Origin: Chiloscyllium plagiosum
Lineage: Eukaryota
Direction of reading: 5' to 3'
Assembly: GCF_004010195.1 (NCBI RefSeq)
Contig: NC_057718.1
Location: 48,667,859 to 48,731,858, forward strand
Length of the DNA stretch: 64,000 nt
The notes below the pieces were generated by a model. The model did not search any database, was not told the DNA's origin, and saw nothing but the letters and a program-made list of their open reading frames with translations. Position 1 is the stretch's first letter; each line of letters opens with the position of its first letter. The position numbers and the translations under genes were made by a program. Below, in pieces: positions 49,888-62,835 of this stretch.

Positions 49888-51739
49888 TTTTGCTTCTTCC
49901 AATCTGCAGACCCAGAAAATAGGACTGTCTTATTCCTCCACAAAACACTGCTTCAGGCTAACTTAATACTTATGGCTTATATTTTTTGGTTTAATCAAGA
50001 AACATATCTCAATAAAACATGCAATCAAGGAAAAACCCATTCTACTCACTACTGCAGACTTACAGCAAGGTTCCAAGGCCACACTTAAAACTATTTACTT
50101 ATCTGTCTCTGTGCTGTAACCTCTCCCAAACGGGTTCCTCCAAGATCAGTTGTGAATTTCATTGTTTGTTAAACTTCCCAGATGCACTCCGATGTCCAGC
50201 GATACATGAATTCAACAGCAAAGGCAGTAATTGTGCAGGTTCACTACTGTGTCAGTTAGCAATGTGGGTTTCTTTCTCTCTCTCTCTCTCTCTCCTGAAC
50301 TGACCTCACCATGTGCTTTTGTCTGTTCCTCTCCCTTTTAAAAGTGCCATTGTTTTGACTTTTCTTTCTCCAAAGTTCCAAAACGATGCAACAGCAAATC
50401 AAACCGTGATTGCTGCTCCTGGAATTTGAGGAAATCACCTCCAACACCTAAAATACCTCAAATAAAGTGAAGCCTGTTTCAGCGAATGGGAAAACTCATT
50501 CCCAAAATACATATGGGGAGTAGTGGGCAACTCACACTATGTCAATTGGATGATTTAGTATTGAACAGTTTTATTTCATAACAACTTTCATTTGTGTGTT
50601 ATCACATCCCAAAGTATCTTACATGGTGTGAATGATTTGAGGCAGAATGATTGTGCTAGAGAATGTAAAGTGATGGCAAGTCATTGACAAAAACTGGCAA
50701 GAAAATAGATCAGGATGAAGTATCAGCAAGTAATGTACCAAGGACCTTCCTTCAAGCAAAAGTAACTATTTTATATTTACAGTCTCCAGATTTACACTCC
50801 CCCAAAATGCTACATGGTATAACATAGACATTATTGAATTTATGAACATGTGGAATTGAATATGTAAGCCTGTGAAATCCTTCACAGAGTGTGCAGTTGC
50901 AATCCACGCCAATAAACCCATCACTGAATTGAATTAAAGTATGTGATCTTGAAGTTATTTTTGTATCAAAAAGGACTGAAAACATTCGGTTTGGCCACAG
51001 AGGAGTACAGGAGTTTGAAGTATGATAATTATATCTCTGGGCCTAAAAATATAACTTAACACATTTCAAGTCTCAATCTCCCAGAAGAAAGTTAATGTTA
51101 GAATTTTTAAGAACAAACTTACAACATGCTTTCTAAGCCTTTAAGTACATATCCTTTGTCTCTCCTTTAATACCATCTATCTTCTAACCTTTGGTTTGCT
51201 CTCAGTGAAGATTCTATCATCTGATTAGTGGAGAAGCCATTCTGTTACTTGCTCTGGAAACAGATGCCCCATTCTCCTGTCTAGAGTATCACTCCAAAAT
51301 AGATAATGGATTAGATCATGCTGCCACTCTAAAGACCCACAGACACTTTGTGAGCAACTGTTATTGAGGTGAATTACAAGATCCTTTCCTTCACCCCTGT
51401 TCATAAAGCACCAATCTCTATGTTGGAACACTTCCATTGGATCACATTGATACAAATCAAGACCAGGGATACAGAAAGACTTTTATCCACCAGTATGTTG
51501 ACATATTCCATGATGGCCAATTGATTGATGTAAGTCTCTGGAGTAAAATTTAGATTATGCCACACAGAAAGAAATTCTTTGGTGATATTATATGCATGTA
51601 AGAACTACTGAGAATCCTTCTGAGTATAGGTTAAAGTGGTGCTCACAGACTTGTAGCTCTTGTTTTGCCAAAACTGAGAGCCAAATGAAAACTAACAGTG
51701 GCTGGTGATACCATGAAGAACACAATAGGGAACAGGTAT

Positions 51740-52145
51740 AGAATCATAGGACAGGATCTATAGGGTCACACAATAGAAAGCAGGCTTTCAGCGTGACGTG
51801 CAAAGCCAGCTCTCTGAGAGAGCAATTCAGCAAGTCCAACTCCCAGACCTTTCCCTGTTGCCCGCTTCAGATAATCATTTAATTCCCTTTGAAAGCCTGC
51901 ATGTGGCTGCCTCCATCATACTATCAGCCAGTACATTCCAAATCCTAACCATTCACTGTATTAAAAAGCTTGCCTCTTATCTCCCCTGGTTCTGTGGCCA
52001 ATCACCTTAAATTGGTATCCGCTGGTTCTCAACCTGCTTCCCAACGCAACTAGTGTCTCACTATTTAATCTCTTCGGATCCTTCATGATGTTGAATACCT
52101 TGATCAAATCTCCTTTCAATCTTCCCTTCTCAAAGGAGAACAGCA
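51740..52145 (-). mobile_element. Old CR1 3' fragment
   Basis: LFSFEKGRLKGDLIKVFNIMK..RTSGYQFKV. Confidence 0.7.
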
Positions 52146-52279
52146 TCATTACTGAATGAGCTGTACAAGTTCTGAAGGACTTAGCTACCGGACTGGACCT
52201 GTGGAAGGTGATGAGAAAACAAAGAAGAGGAAAAAAATCTACCTGACCTTGTTTACCTATTGCAGGTCATCTGTCTGTG

Positions 52280-53105
52280 ACTGCATTGGCAAGAATGCCC
52301 ATCACATAGTCCTCATGGAGGTGAAGTCTCCATTTCAGACTGATGGTACCCTCCATTGTGTTGTGTGGCATTCCTACTGTGCCAATCAGGATAGACTCAG
52401 AACAGATTTAGCAGCTGAAGATTGGGTATCAATGAAGCACTGTGAGTGGTACTCCAACTGTTGAAGATGGAGATGAGGGGAATTGTTTTCTCTCAGCAGG
52501 TCTGTGGGACCTTTTTCCCCAGAACGCAGTGGAGGCAGGGTTTTTGAATATTTTTGAGACACAGCTAAATAAGTTCTTGACTAACAAGGGAGTCAAGGTG
52601 GAAAGTGGAGTTGAGGTCCTAATTAGATCAGCCACTATCTTATTGAATGTCGGAGTATGCTCAAGGGGCTTTTAATTTGTACATTTAGATGTTTGCATGC
52701 ATTGCGGCCCATCAACAGCAGCAGAATTGTATTCCACAATGTTCCTTACCCTCATGATCTGGCATAGCTTTCACTCTACCATTAGCATCAAACTGGGGAA
52801 TCAATTGAATCAGTGAGGAATGCTGGACTGCATGCCAGAAACAGTACCAGGTATGATCTGCAAGCTCTCCTCCAAGGTAGTCACCATTCTCCCATGGAAA
52901 TACATTACTGTCCCTTCAGTGTTGATGGGTCAAAGGCCTGGGATACATCCTTAATGGCATCGTGGGTCTACCCATAGCATGTGGACTGCAGCAATTCAAG
53001 AAGGCAGCTCACCACCACCACCTCCTCAAGGGCAACTAGGGAAGGGCAATAAATGCTGACTCAGTTAGTGATACCCACATCCGATGAGTGAATAAAACAA
53101 AAAAA
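52280..53105 (+). mobile_element. Family-B LINE remnants, with a CR1 3' end inserted at ~52465-52690
   Basis: HHIVLME..LHCVVWH..DRLRTDLAAEDW; family-B tail and poly-A at 52990-53107; the insert reads LWDLFPQNAVEAG..IFETQLNKFL. Confidence 0.6.
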
Positions 53106-55729
53106 AAGGCATCAACCTGATGAAGCTGTAACATAGGTTGGATGTAAGCATTGGAAGCAACAAATTATAGTAAGAGCAAGGTGATCCTCAAACCAATGGG
53201 TGAGGTGGGGGGTGTGGGGCGATGTGCAAGGATGTTGTGAAGGATCAGTGAGGCTTTAGTAGGTGATGGAGTTATTTAGGAGTTGGGGGAGGTTGGGTAA
53301 TTGACGGGTTGTTGAGGCCAGTCAGGCTGGCTTCTACTGTCCAGCCAGAACCATTCTGAATAATGGCAGACAATTAAACAACTAGCCGCAGAAGGAGAGT
53401 CCAGAAACATGGTGATCCTTCATGATGAAGATGTTCAGGAAGTTAGGTTTCACTTGTTTGTAGGGATGTGGGCATCACTGGCCAGGGCAGTGTTAACTGT
53501 CCTTGAGATCGTGGTCGTGGATTACTATGAACTACCTGGGTTGGTGGGGTACACTCACAATAATGTCAAGAAGGGAATTCTAGGATGTTGACTCAGTGAC
53601 AAATGGTGAAATAGTTCCAAAGCATAGTTTCCCCATGTAGTCCCTAGTTCTGTTCACAGTCCCCTTCAAACGTCCTCACACAATAGCGAGATTTTCTCCC
53701 TCAGGGCAGGGCATGTGACAGGTCCTGAGTTCGAACAATGATTGAACTCTCTACGTTCGTATTAATCTGAGCCACATACTGGAGGTCTAGCTAACTGACC
53801 ACCCCCAAAGAGAGTTCAAAAAACAAGGTAGAAACATTTCCATCTACCTTCAGCCAGCCATGCCAATTGAATATTGCATCTCAGCTTCTCTCTGCAGTCT
53901 CCCATATCATAAACATCAGTCTGCAATCAATTACATCCATTTCACAGGATATCAGGAAAAGACTGGAGACCTTGGCTGTAGCAAAGACTATGTGTCTTCA
54001 TAACATCCTGGAGGTAACACTGGAGATTGAAATACCAGAACTAGTCACTACATTCCTGCTATGAATCTGGTAAGTATCTGAGGTAGAGTCAGAGATTTGG
54101 GACAGGTCCATGGTCCTGGTTACTTCCTCAGGAATGATGAATTAAAATCCAGTGTAACTCATGGGCAACTACAGAACTGAAGTCCCAGTTGCATACACTA
54201 TACCCGAACCTCACCCCCGACTCATCACTTGGCATCTCAATTATGCCTCGAATCACCAACTGACTGGTCCCAAGTACTCCCCAATCACCCACCAATGCCA
54301 TGAATTCCTGACTGTCCCCCTCATAATCGCTTGTGCCACCCCCTGCGATTGTACTCTGACCCATTCCAACCAACTAACCGCCCCAACCACCTGGTGACAT
54401 CCTTGGTTATTGCCAAGCCCTCTTAAATGCAACCCCTACCACTGACTCAACCTGTACTACTTGTCCTGACTTTACATATCCCTGTTCACCCAACTATCAC
54501 CTGGATCTGACCTGAGTGATTCCCTACCTTGAGTGCACTTACAAACCTTTCTACCTCTGACCTGTCTACCCACCTCAGTTATCTACTACCAGCCACCCTA
54601 CACACCTCTCTATCGATTAGCTCATCAGCCAAACATCTGATGTATCTTTCACTTTACCCAGGTGCCACTCTACCCACTTACTTCATTCACTGTACTGACC
54701 TTCCCATGTGGTCCACTAACCTTTCCACTCTCCCTATCACTCATTCAGTAACATTCACACTGGACGTTACCTCACAGCAGGTAGGGCTTAAGGGGTGGGG
54801 TGTTGATGTCCAGTCTTCAATCTGACACCATAGTGTTCTTCATGGGCTGCTGCACTTCTCATTTCTGGGCTTGCTGGTCTCCAAAGACATGGAAATGCAG
54901 AGAAGCATTGGAGCATTCATGTGGAAGAGCAATGTGACAAGGATCATCGTTTTGTCAAACATTCAAGCAATAAAAATACAAGTAGTTAATTAAAACACGA
55001 GGCACTTGAGCCATTTGACTGGACTGCAGAATAGATTCTTTCATCCATGGACAAATAAGACTATATTTAATTTTATTACATGCACTCAGTACATCACCAT
55101 GAAACTTGTACCAATTCATTAGGATCAGTTTTCATGTGGCTAACTTTAAAATTCTGCAGTGTCTTCATCCTGTAGCCAAGATTCTCAACATTTAAGTACA
55201 TATGGGCTGAGTTAAAAATACCTTGCCTTCCCTTCAAACACTGTATAATTTTCTGTAATCCTGTTCACATATACTTTCCACATGAATCTGTCTGATATGC
55301 CATCACATCAAAATCAGGTAATTCTAGGCTTTGTCACTTATTTAATAGAACAAGCAATAAATGAAGCATAAGACTATTTCAATCTGATGATTTTCTTGTC
55401 TGGATTTTGCTTGGCTTCTCAAAGATCCTGGACTTTTGTTGAGGTAAAGTTCCACGGTTTGTCGTTAATCGTCAGCACCTCATCGGACTGACCTTCATTC
55501 ATGTGTGAGGCTTGACTGTGTATTTAATCATAAAGAGAAGGGGCATAACAGATTCTGCCATATAACATCTACACAAATCCAGCAGGAATCAATGGAACAT
55601 CATCAGAAGCAGAGTCCTTTGTCCCTTTGTGGTCTGCACTGTTTGAAAAGGAATACTTCGTCTAAAGAACTGCAATCTGAAGAATGTTATAAATGAGTCT
55701 GAAAGAGTTAGTATTGAAGAGTGCCATAA

Positions 55730-56060
55730 GCAATGGCCTATTGCTATTATTGCCAGTATGTTAATCTAAAGAGATTGAGATAATATTCTGGGGACGTCCG
55801 CTTGAACCTGCCGAGGCAGCTGGTAGAATTTCAATTCAATAAATGTCTGGAATTAAGAATCTAATGATGGCCATGAAGCCATCATCAATTGTTAGGAATA
55901 AAACATAAGGTGGACTAATGTCCTTAGATGGTCTGGCCTACACGTGACTGCTGCCCCACAGAAATGTGGTTAACTTTTCACTACCATCTGGAAGATGGGG
56001 GATGGGAAATGAATGCTGGCCTGGTCACTGATGCTCAGAACCCGTGACTGAATAAAATAA
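55730..56060 (+). mobile_element. Family-B SINE (decayed tRNA-like head, central domain, LINE-B tail)
   Basis: ctggaattaagaatctaatgatggccatg..ggtctggcctacacgtgact..aatgtggtt matches 40575-40730; ends gggatggg..aatgctggcc..gaataaaa. Confidence 0.6.
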
Positions 56061-57189
56061 CCCATCCACTACAGTGATGTCATATGGACTTATGGGCAGA
56101 ACAGGTAGGGATCTTCATGGAGCGAGTCCTAACATCTTGGCTTCCTCAAAGTCTCTGTAACAATGTATATTATGTCAGTGTTATTTTTAAGTTGTGCTAA
56201 CATGCAATTAAACCATATCTTGTCAGTGGTTTTTCTTCACCTCTCTGGACCAAACAGGCTCTGTAGCTTCCTATACTTTAAGAGGATGGAAGGGGTGCAG
56301 CAATTTTCATTGTGAGCAACAGCTTATACAGTGTACCAAGCTGACATGCTCATTCAACAGAGAAAACTCATATTAATGGAAAAAAACCACATTGGGTCCC
56401 TGTCATTTCCATGAGAATGGCGGGCGGGTGATCTCAATTAGGTGACAGGCAAAAATCAGATTCTTATTGCCGAGATAAACTTCAGAAATTAACTTTGCCC
56501 TGCTCAGATGCCAGGTTACCTATCTTGCCAACATTTGGTGAGAGGACAATCTGAATGTATTTGATGGCATTAATACCATGACTGGCTGGAATTAATTTCA
56601 CCGTCCCAATTCACTTCTGTCTGATTGAGAAACTCAATGCTTCAGAAAGCTGATGGCAAGCAGCAGGTATATATTTGGAGAGTTGCACTTCTTCATCCAC
56701 CATCACGGAAAGTACTTGTTGCTGTGCTCTTATAGCTTAAAATAATGCTGACAGTCACTTATGCTGTCACTTCTCCAAGTACAGGTGACATGTCCTGTCT
56801 CCTTGGCCATCTGCAAGTCCAAATGGCACATAGCAAACAATAGGTAGCTCACAGCACAAGGGCAAGGCTCATTGCACATTGCAAAGGGCTGCTTATGGCT
56901 GAATGCATTTTACTGCAGAGCTTTGTAAAGGTAGAAGGAGGAAATTGGCCAAGGCTGTGCTTCTGTTAGTTAGTGGGGGTATTTGTAACAGTCAGACACA
57001 AACACTCCAGTCAGTCTGGGAGACCACACTTCAGTCAATGTGGAAATGTGCTGCAGTTAATCCAGGGGGATTTATGACAGTCAGTCTGCTAAACTGGCTA
57101 CAGTCATTCTAGGGGGTGTGTTGCAGATAATCCGGGAGTGTGCTCTATGTTAGTTCCGGGGGTTGCTACAGTCCATCTGGGCAGTGAGC

Positions 57190-60100
57190 TGGCATTAGTC
57201 TGGGGAGTGCGCTGTTGTTACTCTGGGGAGAGTCTGGGGGGACTGTGATCGTGACAGTCTGAGGGTGTGCGCTGCTGTTGTCAGTCTGGGGCAATGTGCT
57301 GTAGTCAGTTTAAGGGACTGTATAATAGTCATTCAGGGGGAATGTGCTGATGAAAATCTGAGGAACTGTGATATAGTCAGTCTGGGGAACTATGATGGTG
57401 CTAGTCTGAGGGAGTCTGTTGGGGTGAGTCTGAGGGAGTGTGATTGTGTCAGTCTAGGGGAGTGTGATTGTGTTAGTCTGAGGAAGTGTGCTGGTGTCAG
57501 TCTAGAGGAGTGTGCAGTGTGCAAGTCAAGGGGAATTTGCTAATATCAGTCTGAGGGAGTGTGCTGTAGTCAGTCTGAGGGAGTATGCTGTGTGTCAGTC
57601 TAGGGGAGTGTGCTGTGTGTCAGTCTAGGGAATATTCTGATGTCAGTCTGAGGGAATGTGATGGTGTCAGTCTGAGGGAGTGTGCTGATGTCAGTCTGAG
57701 GGAGTGTGCTTTTGTCAGTCTAGGGGACTGTGCTATAGTCAGTCTGAGGGAGTGTGGTGATGTCACTCTGAGGGAGTGTGCTGATGTCAGTCTGAGAGAG
57801 TGTGCTGATGTCAGTCTATGGGAGTATGCTGTAGTCAGTCTGAGGGAGTATGATGGTGTCAGTCTGGGGGAGTATGCTGTGTGTAAGTCTGAGGGATTGT
57901 GCTGTAGTCAGTCTGAGGGAGTATGTTGTGTGTCAGTCTAGGGGAGTGTGCTGTGTGCCAGTCTAAGGGACTGTGCTGTTGTCAGTCTGAGGCATGTGAT
58001 GGTGTCAGTCTGACGGAGTGTGGTGTTGTCAGTCTGAGCGAGTGTGCTGATGTCAGTCTACTGGAGTGTGCTGTAGTCAGTCTGAGGGAGTGTGATGTGT
58101 CAGTCTGGGGGAATGTGATGGTTTCAGTCTAGGGGAGTGTGCTGATGTCAATCTGAGGGAGTGTGATGGTATCAGTTTAGGGGAATGTGCCGTAGTCGGT
58201 CTGAGGGAGAGTGATGGTGTCAGTCTGGGGCAGTGGGATGGCGTCAATCTGAGAGAGTGTGATTATGTCAGTCTGAGGGAGTGTGCTGGTGTCAGTCTAG
58301 GGGAGTGTGCTGTGTGCCAGTCAAGGGGAATGTGCTAATATCAATCTGAGGGAGTGTGCTGTAGTCAGTCTGAGGGAGTATGCTGTGTGTAAGTCTAGGG
58401 GACTGTGCTGGTGTCGTTCTAGGGGAATGTGCTGTAGTCAGTCTGAGGGAGTATGCTGTGTGTCAGTCTAGGGGAGTGTGCTGTGTGTCAGTCTAGGGGA
58501 ATATTCTGATGTCAGTCTGAGGGAGTGTGGTGGTGTCACTCTGAGGGAGTGTGCTGATGTCAGTCTGAGAGAGTGTGCTGATGTCAGTCTATGGGAGTGT
58601 GCTGTAGTCAGTCTGAGGGAGTGTGATGGTGTCAGTCTGGGGGAGTATGCTGTGTGTAAGTCTAGGGGATTGTGCTGATGTCAGTCTGAGGGAGTGTGCT
58701 GTAGTCAGTCTGAGGGAGTATGTTGTGTGTCAGTCTAGGGGAGTGTGCTGTGGCCAGTCTAGGGGAATGTTCTGATGTTAGTCTGAGGGAGTGTGATAGT
58801 GTCAGTCTAAGGGAGTGTGGTGATGTCAGTCTGGGGGAGTGTGCTGTTGTCAGTCTGAGTGAGTTTGCTGATGTCAGTCTACGGGAGTGTGCTGTAGTCA
58901 GTCTGAGGGAGTGTGATGGTATCAGTTTAGAGGAATGTGCCGTAGTCGGTCTGAGGGAGAGTGATGGTGTCAGTCTGGGGCAGTGAGATGGCGTCAGTCT
59001 GAGAGAGTGTGATGGAGTCAGTTTGGGGGAGTGTGATGGTGTCAGTTTGGGGGAATGTGTTGGAGTCAGTATGGGGGAGTGTGCTGATGAATTGAATTGA
59101 AATGAATTTATTATCACATGTACCGAGGCACAGTGAAAAACTTTGTCTTGTGAGCAAACAGGCAGATCACAGAGTTAAGTTACATAGATAGTAAATAATA
59201 GGTAAACAGCGGCAAAAAACAAAAATACAGGTACAGGCGAATGTTAAGAATTTGTGAGTCCATTCAGTATTCTAACAACAGTAAGGTAGAAACTGTTACG
59301 AAACGGCTGGTGCATGTGTTCAGGCTTCTGTACCTTCTCCCCAAAGGTAGAGGTTGTAAAAGAACATTGCCAGGGTGGGATGGATCTTTGAGAATGCTGG
59401 CGGCTTTTCCTTGACAGCGGGCCTGGTAGATGGACTCTATAGATGGGAGGTTGGCCTTTGTGATTGTCCGTGCCGAGTTCACCACTCTCTGTAACCGTGT
59501 CCGATCTTGGCATACCAGGTAGTGATACATCCAGACAGAATGCACTCGATGGCGCACCTATAAAAGTTGGCAAGGGTGTTCGCTGTTATGCCAAATTTCC
59601 TCAGCTGCCTGAGGAAGAAGAGATGTTATTGGGCCTTTGTAACCAGTGCATTCACATGCAGAGTCCAAGAAAGCTTGTTGTGGATGCCCACTCCCTGGAG
59701 CTTGACACTGTCCACTCATTCTACCTCTGTGCTGTTAATGTGTAGGGGGACATGAGTAACATCCTGCTGAAAGTCAATAATGGGTTCCTTGGTTTTGCCA
59801 GCACTGAGAGCTAGATTGTTCCCAGTGCACCATTTTTCCTGGTCTTCCACCTCCCATCTGTAGTTTGTTTCATCGCCATCTGAGATTCGACTGACTACGG
59901 TGGTGTCATCAGTGAACTTGTACATGGCATTAGTCTGGTATTTAGTGACACATTCATGGGTATACAGTGAGTACAGTAGGGGGCTGAGTACACACCCTTG
60001 GCGGGGGGGGGGCTCCAATGTTGAGTGCTAGTGAGGATGAAATATTGTCCAATTATATTGTTAATGAGGATGTCAGTCTGAGGGAGTGTCTGATGTCAGT

Positions 60101-61008
60101 CTAGGGGACTGTGCTGTAGTCAGTCTGAGGGAGTGTAATGGTGTCAGTCTGAGGGAGTGTGATGGTGTCAATGTGGGGGAGTGTGGTGGTGTCAGTCTGA
60201 GGGAGTGTGATGGTGTCAGTCAGAGAGAGTGTGATGGTGTCGGTCTGAGGGACTGTGCTGGTGTCAGTCTGTGGGAGTGTGCTGGTGTCAGTCTGAGGGA
60301 GTGTGCTGGAGTCAGTCTGAGGGAGTGTGCTGGTGTCAGTCAGAGAGACTGTGCTGATGTAGGTCTGTGTGAGTGTGCTAGTGTCAGTCTGAGGGAGTGT
60401 GATGGTGTCGGTCTGAGGGACTGTGCTGATGGCAGTCTAGGAGAGTGTGCTGGTGTCAGTCTAGGGGACTGTGCTGATGTCAGTCTGAGGGACTGTGCTG
60501 GTGTCAGTCTCGAGGAGTGTGATTGTGTCAGTCTAGGGGAGTGCGATGGTGTCAGTCTGGGGGAATGTGATGGTGTCAGTCTGAGGGAGTGTACTGGGTC
60601 AGTTTGGGGGAGTGTGAAGGTGTCACTATAGGGGAGTGTGATGTTATCATTCTGAGGGAGTGTGATGGTGTCAGTCTGGGGGAGTATGATGGTGTCAGTC
60701 TGAGGGAGTGTGATGGTGTCAGTCTGTGGGACTGTGCTGGAGTCAGGTCTGAGGGAGTGTACTGGTGTCAGTCTGGGGAGTGTGCAGATCTCAGTCTGAG
60801 GGAATGTGATGATGTCACTCTGGGGGAGTGTGATGGTGTCAGTGTGAGGGAATATGCTGGTGTTAGTCTGGGGCAATGTGCTAGTGTCAGTCTAGGGGAG
60901 TCTGCTGGTGTCAGTTGAGGGAGTGCGATGGCATCACTCTGGGGGAGTGTAACGGTGTCAGTCTGAGGGAATGTGCTGATGTCACTCTGGGGGAGTGTGC
61001 TGGTGTCA
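57190..61008. repeat. 24-bp minisatellite (GTCAGTCTGAGGGAGTGTGCTGAT-like), split by a LINE
   Basis: Roughly a hundred imperfect tandem units at 57190-59087 and 60069-61008. Confidence 0.97.
59088..60068 (-). mobile_element. Rex1/Babar-like LINE, 5'-truncated, inserted in the minisatellite
   Basis: QGCVLSPLLYSLYTHEC..KFTDDTTVV..KTKE..IDF; LQRVVNSA..ILKDPSHPG..GRRYRS; (attga)n tail. Confidence 0.88.
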
Positions 61009-61014
61009 GGGCTG

Positions 61015-61340
61015 AACCATACCAGATAATCAATGCACGTCTGTGCCATTTATTCAGGGAGCTGTCATGTTGCCACCATTCTGAAGCATTCCCTGGTGCC
61101 TGCAATTCTCAGCCCACTTGGCACATCCAAGAACAGTTGATTGGCAACAAGGGGTACCCTTTCATACCCTGGCTCTGGCACCCATAAGGACTTCTGAAGA
61201 TGTAATACAGATATCTGGACCATTTCAGCCACTCTGGACCTGAATGAGGCCATTCAGTTTACCCAAGACCTCCAGGGTGTCCTGCATCATAGTTCTCTGC
61301 TTTACCCTCTACACCTTGGCATGACAAAGGGCAGTGCCTG
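61015..61340 (+). pseudogene. PIF/Harbinger (HARBI1-like DDE_Tnp_4) transposase C-terminal remnant
   Basis: MHVCAIYSGSCHVATILKHS / LIGNKGYPFIPWL / LKM*YRYLD / RVSCIIVLCFTLYTLA match the PGS.HD, LGD.GY, LK.RFRCL and C..LHN blocks. Confidence 0.75.
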
Positions 61341-62569
61341 GGACAGGATGAAATGGAGCACGGAGTCAGGGGAGAATCTCTTATGAGGAGGAAGCTGAAG
61401 CTGATTGGGGCTATCCGAGACGTTAAGCTGACAGGGATCTGGTGGGGTGAGCCAGAGAGGCACATGACAATTTGATAGCTACCTACTTCCAGGTGGACTT
61501 GAGCTACCTGGACAGATTTCTTTTGCTGTTCTGTTTGTTATGGACCAGTGGCTGCAGAACACTACATTCTTTATTCAATATATCTCATTGACTGAGGGGT
61601 GTTGCTTTATTGCTTGGAATAAAAGTAATTTTCTTCTTCCACCTGCTCATGATGTGATAATACTGAAGTAGGAAGTTGCGCTCAGAGCAACATTTGCCTG
61701 TTTTTTTGCTGAGCAGAACTCTGTGCAGTCTGTACGTAACAATGGCTTCCAAAACTGGAAGTCAATGCTGAAATGGTGTTGGCCCACCAGTCAACATGTG
61801 TAGAGTCTCCGAGAGGCTGCATGGTCATGAGACCAAGCAACTGAGAGGGCAGGTTGTGTGAGAGACCACAATTCTCTGTGTTGACTGCTTACACCTTCAC
61901 ATCAAGGGGACAGCCATGACTTTGGACTGAAAGACAATTGCAAGTACTAGAGGCCAGCCCTTCTTTAAACAGAAGGCAAATCAAGCCACATTCAGCCTGG
62001 AGATGGTTTGCCAGGTCTGTGACATTCTTCCTGGTGTCATTAGTCCCATCCAGTCCTCTTGCTTCCTCGAGTGCTGAGAGTGTTTTGATTCTATGCAATT
62101 CCATTGCAATGTCTAGTGAGTGAACCTCCAGTATCAGAAGCTGCACATGTGTCAATGTTTCCTATTATGTTCCTTCTCAAGGCAAGGTGAGAGTGACCTG
62201 TCAAGTGTGATATACCAACCTCAATACTGAGTGCCTCATCTGGCTATAGCAATCCTAATCATGGAAAAGACCTTTAGCCCCCACACCCCTGCAAATGCTG
62301 ATCAATTGCCTGCTTGACTTCCATGCATTGCCTCTGTGGGGCCCTTTATATGGCTGTCCCAGGCCTAATGTTCTCCTGTTGAACTGATTGGACAAAGTGT
62401 GTGCTTCTAAACAGTACCTCTGCAGTTTCGAACACTTTGTCCAACTGCTAGATCCCTGATTCACTAGCTACAAGAGAGTACAGGCTGATGCACTGTGGAT
62501 GTGGTGAGACATTGAAAGGTGTTCTGAGGGAAGAGCAACAACTTGTAATGGGAGAGGAGGCTGCACCAG

Positions 62570-62835
62570 CGGCTGACCCGACCTCCCAGTCACTGCCCAT
62601 TTCAATTCCCCCAACCACTCCCTTTCCAACATGACCATCCTTGGCCTCCTCCATTGCCAAAATGAACCACAGCACAAATTGGATGAATAGCATGTCATCT
62701 TCTGCCTGGACAGCCTACAGCCCGAGGACTCAACATCGAGTTCTCCAATTTCAAATAACCTCCTTTACCATCCCCAATTCCCTTCCCAGCCCTTCCACCT
62801 CCCTTCCACTGCTCCCTGCGACCAACCGGATTCAA
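62570..62835 (+). mobile_element. PLE GIY-YIG C-terminal fragment
   Basis: Homologous to 41150-41420 (cccagtcactgcccatttcaattccccc..ctcaacatcgagttctccaatttcaaataa). Confidence 0.8.

Larger units (their letters stand above)
46328..50485 (-). mobile_element. Near full-length CR1 LINE (5'UTR, ORF1, ORF2, tail)
   Basis: Tail at 46328; RT (VPQGSMLGP, KFADDTK); endonuclease start NCIYFNARGL (~48820); ORF1; ~600-bp 5'UTR; one internal deletion near 47745. Confidence 0.95.

Noticed and set aside
55384..55492. C/D-box snoRNA (TGATGA...CTGA)
   Set aside because: No terminal stem and no recognisable rRNA/snRNA antisense element.
57190..61008. CRISPR-like array
   Set aside because: Head-to-tail repeats with no unique spacers, no cas genes, and a vertebrate context.
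57265..61049. Cys-rich or Ser/Thr-rich repeat proteins (keratin-associated or mucin-like)
   Set aside because: Translations of a 24-bp minisatellite on both strands with frequent frameshifts, no signal peptide or splice context, and a LINE inserted in the middle.
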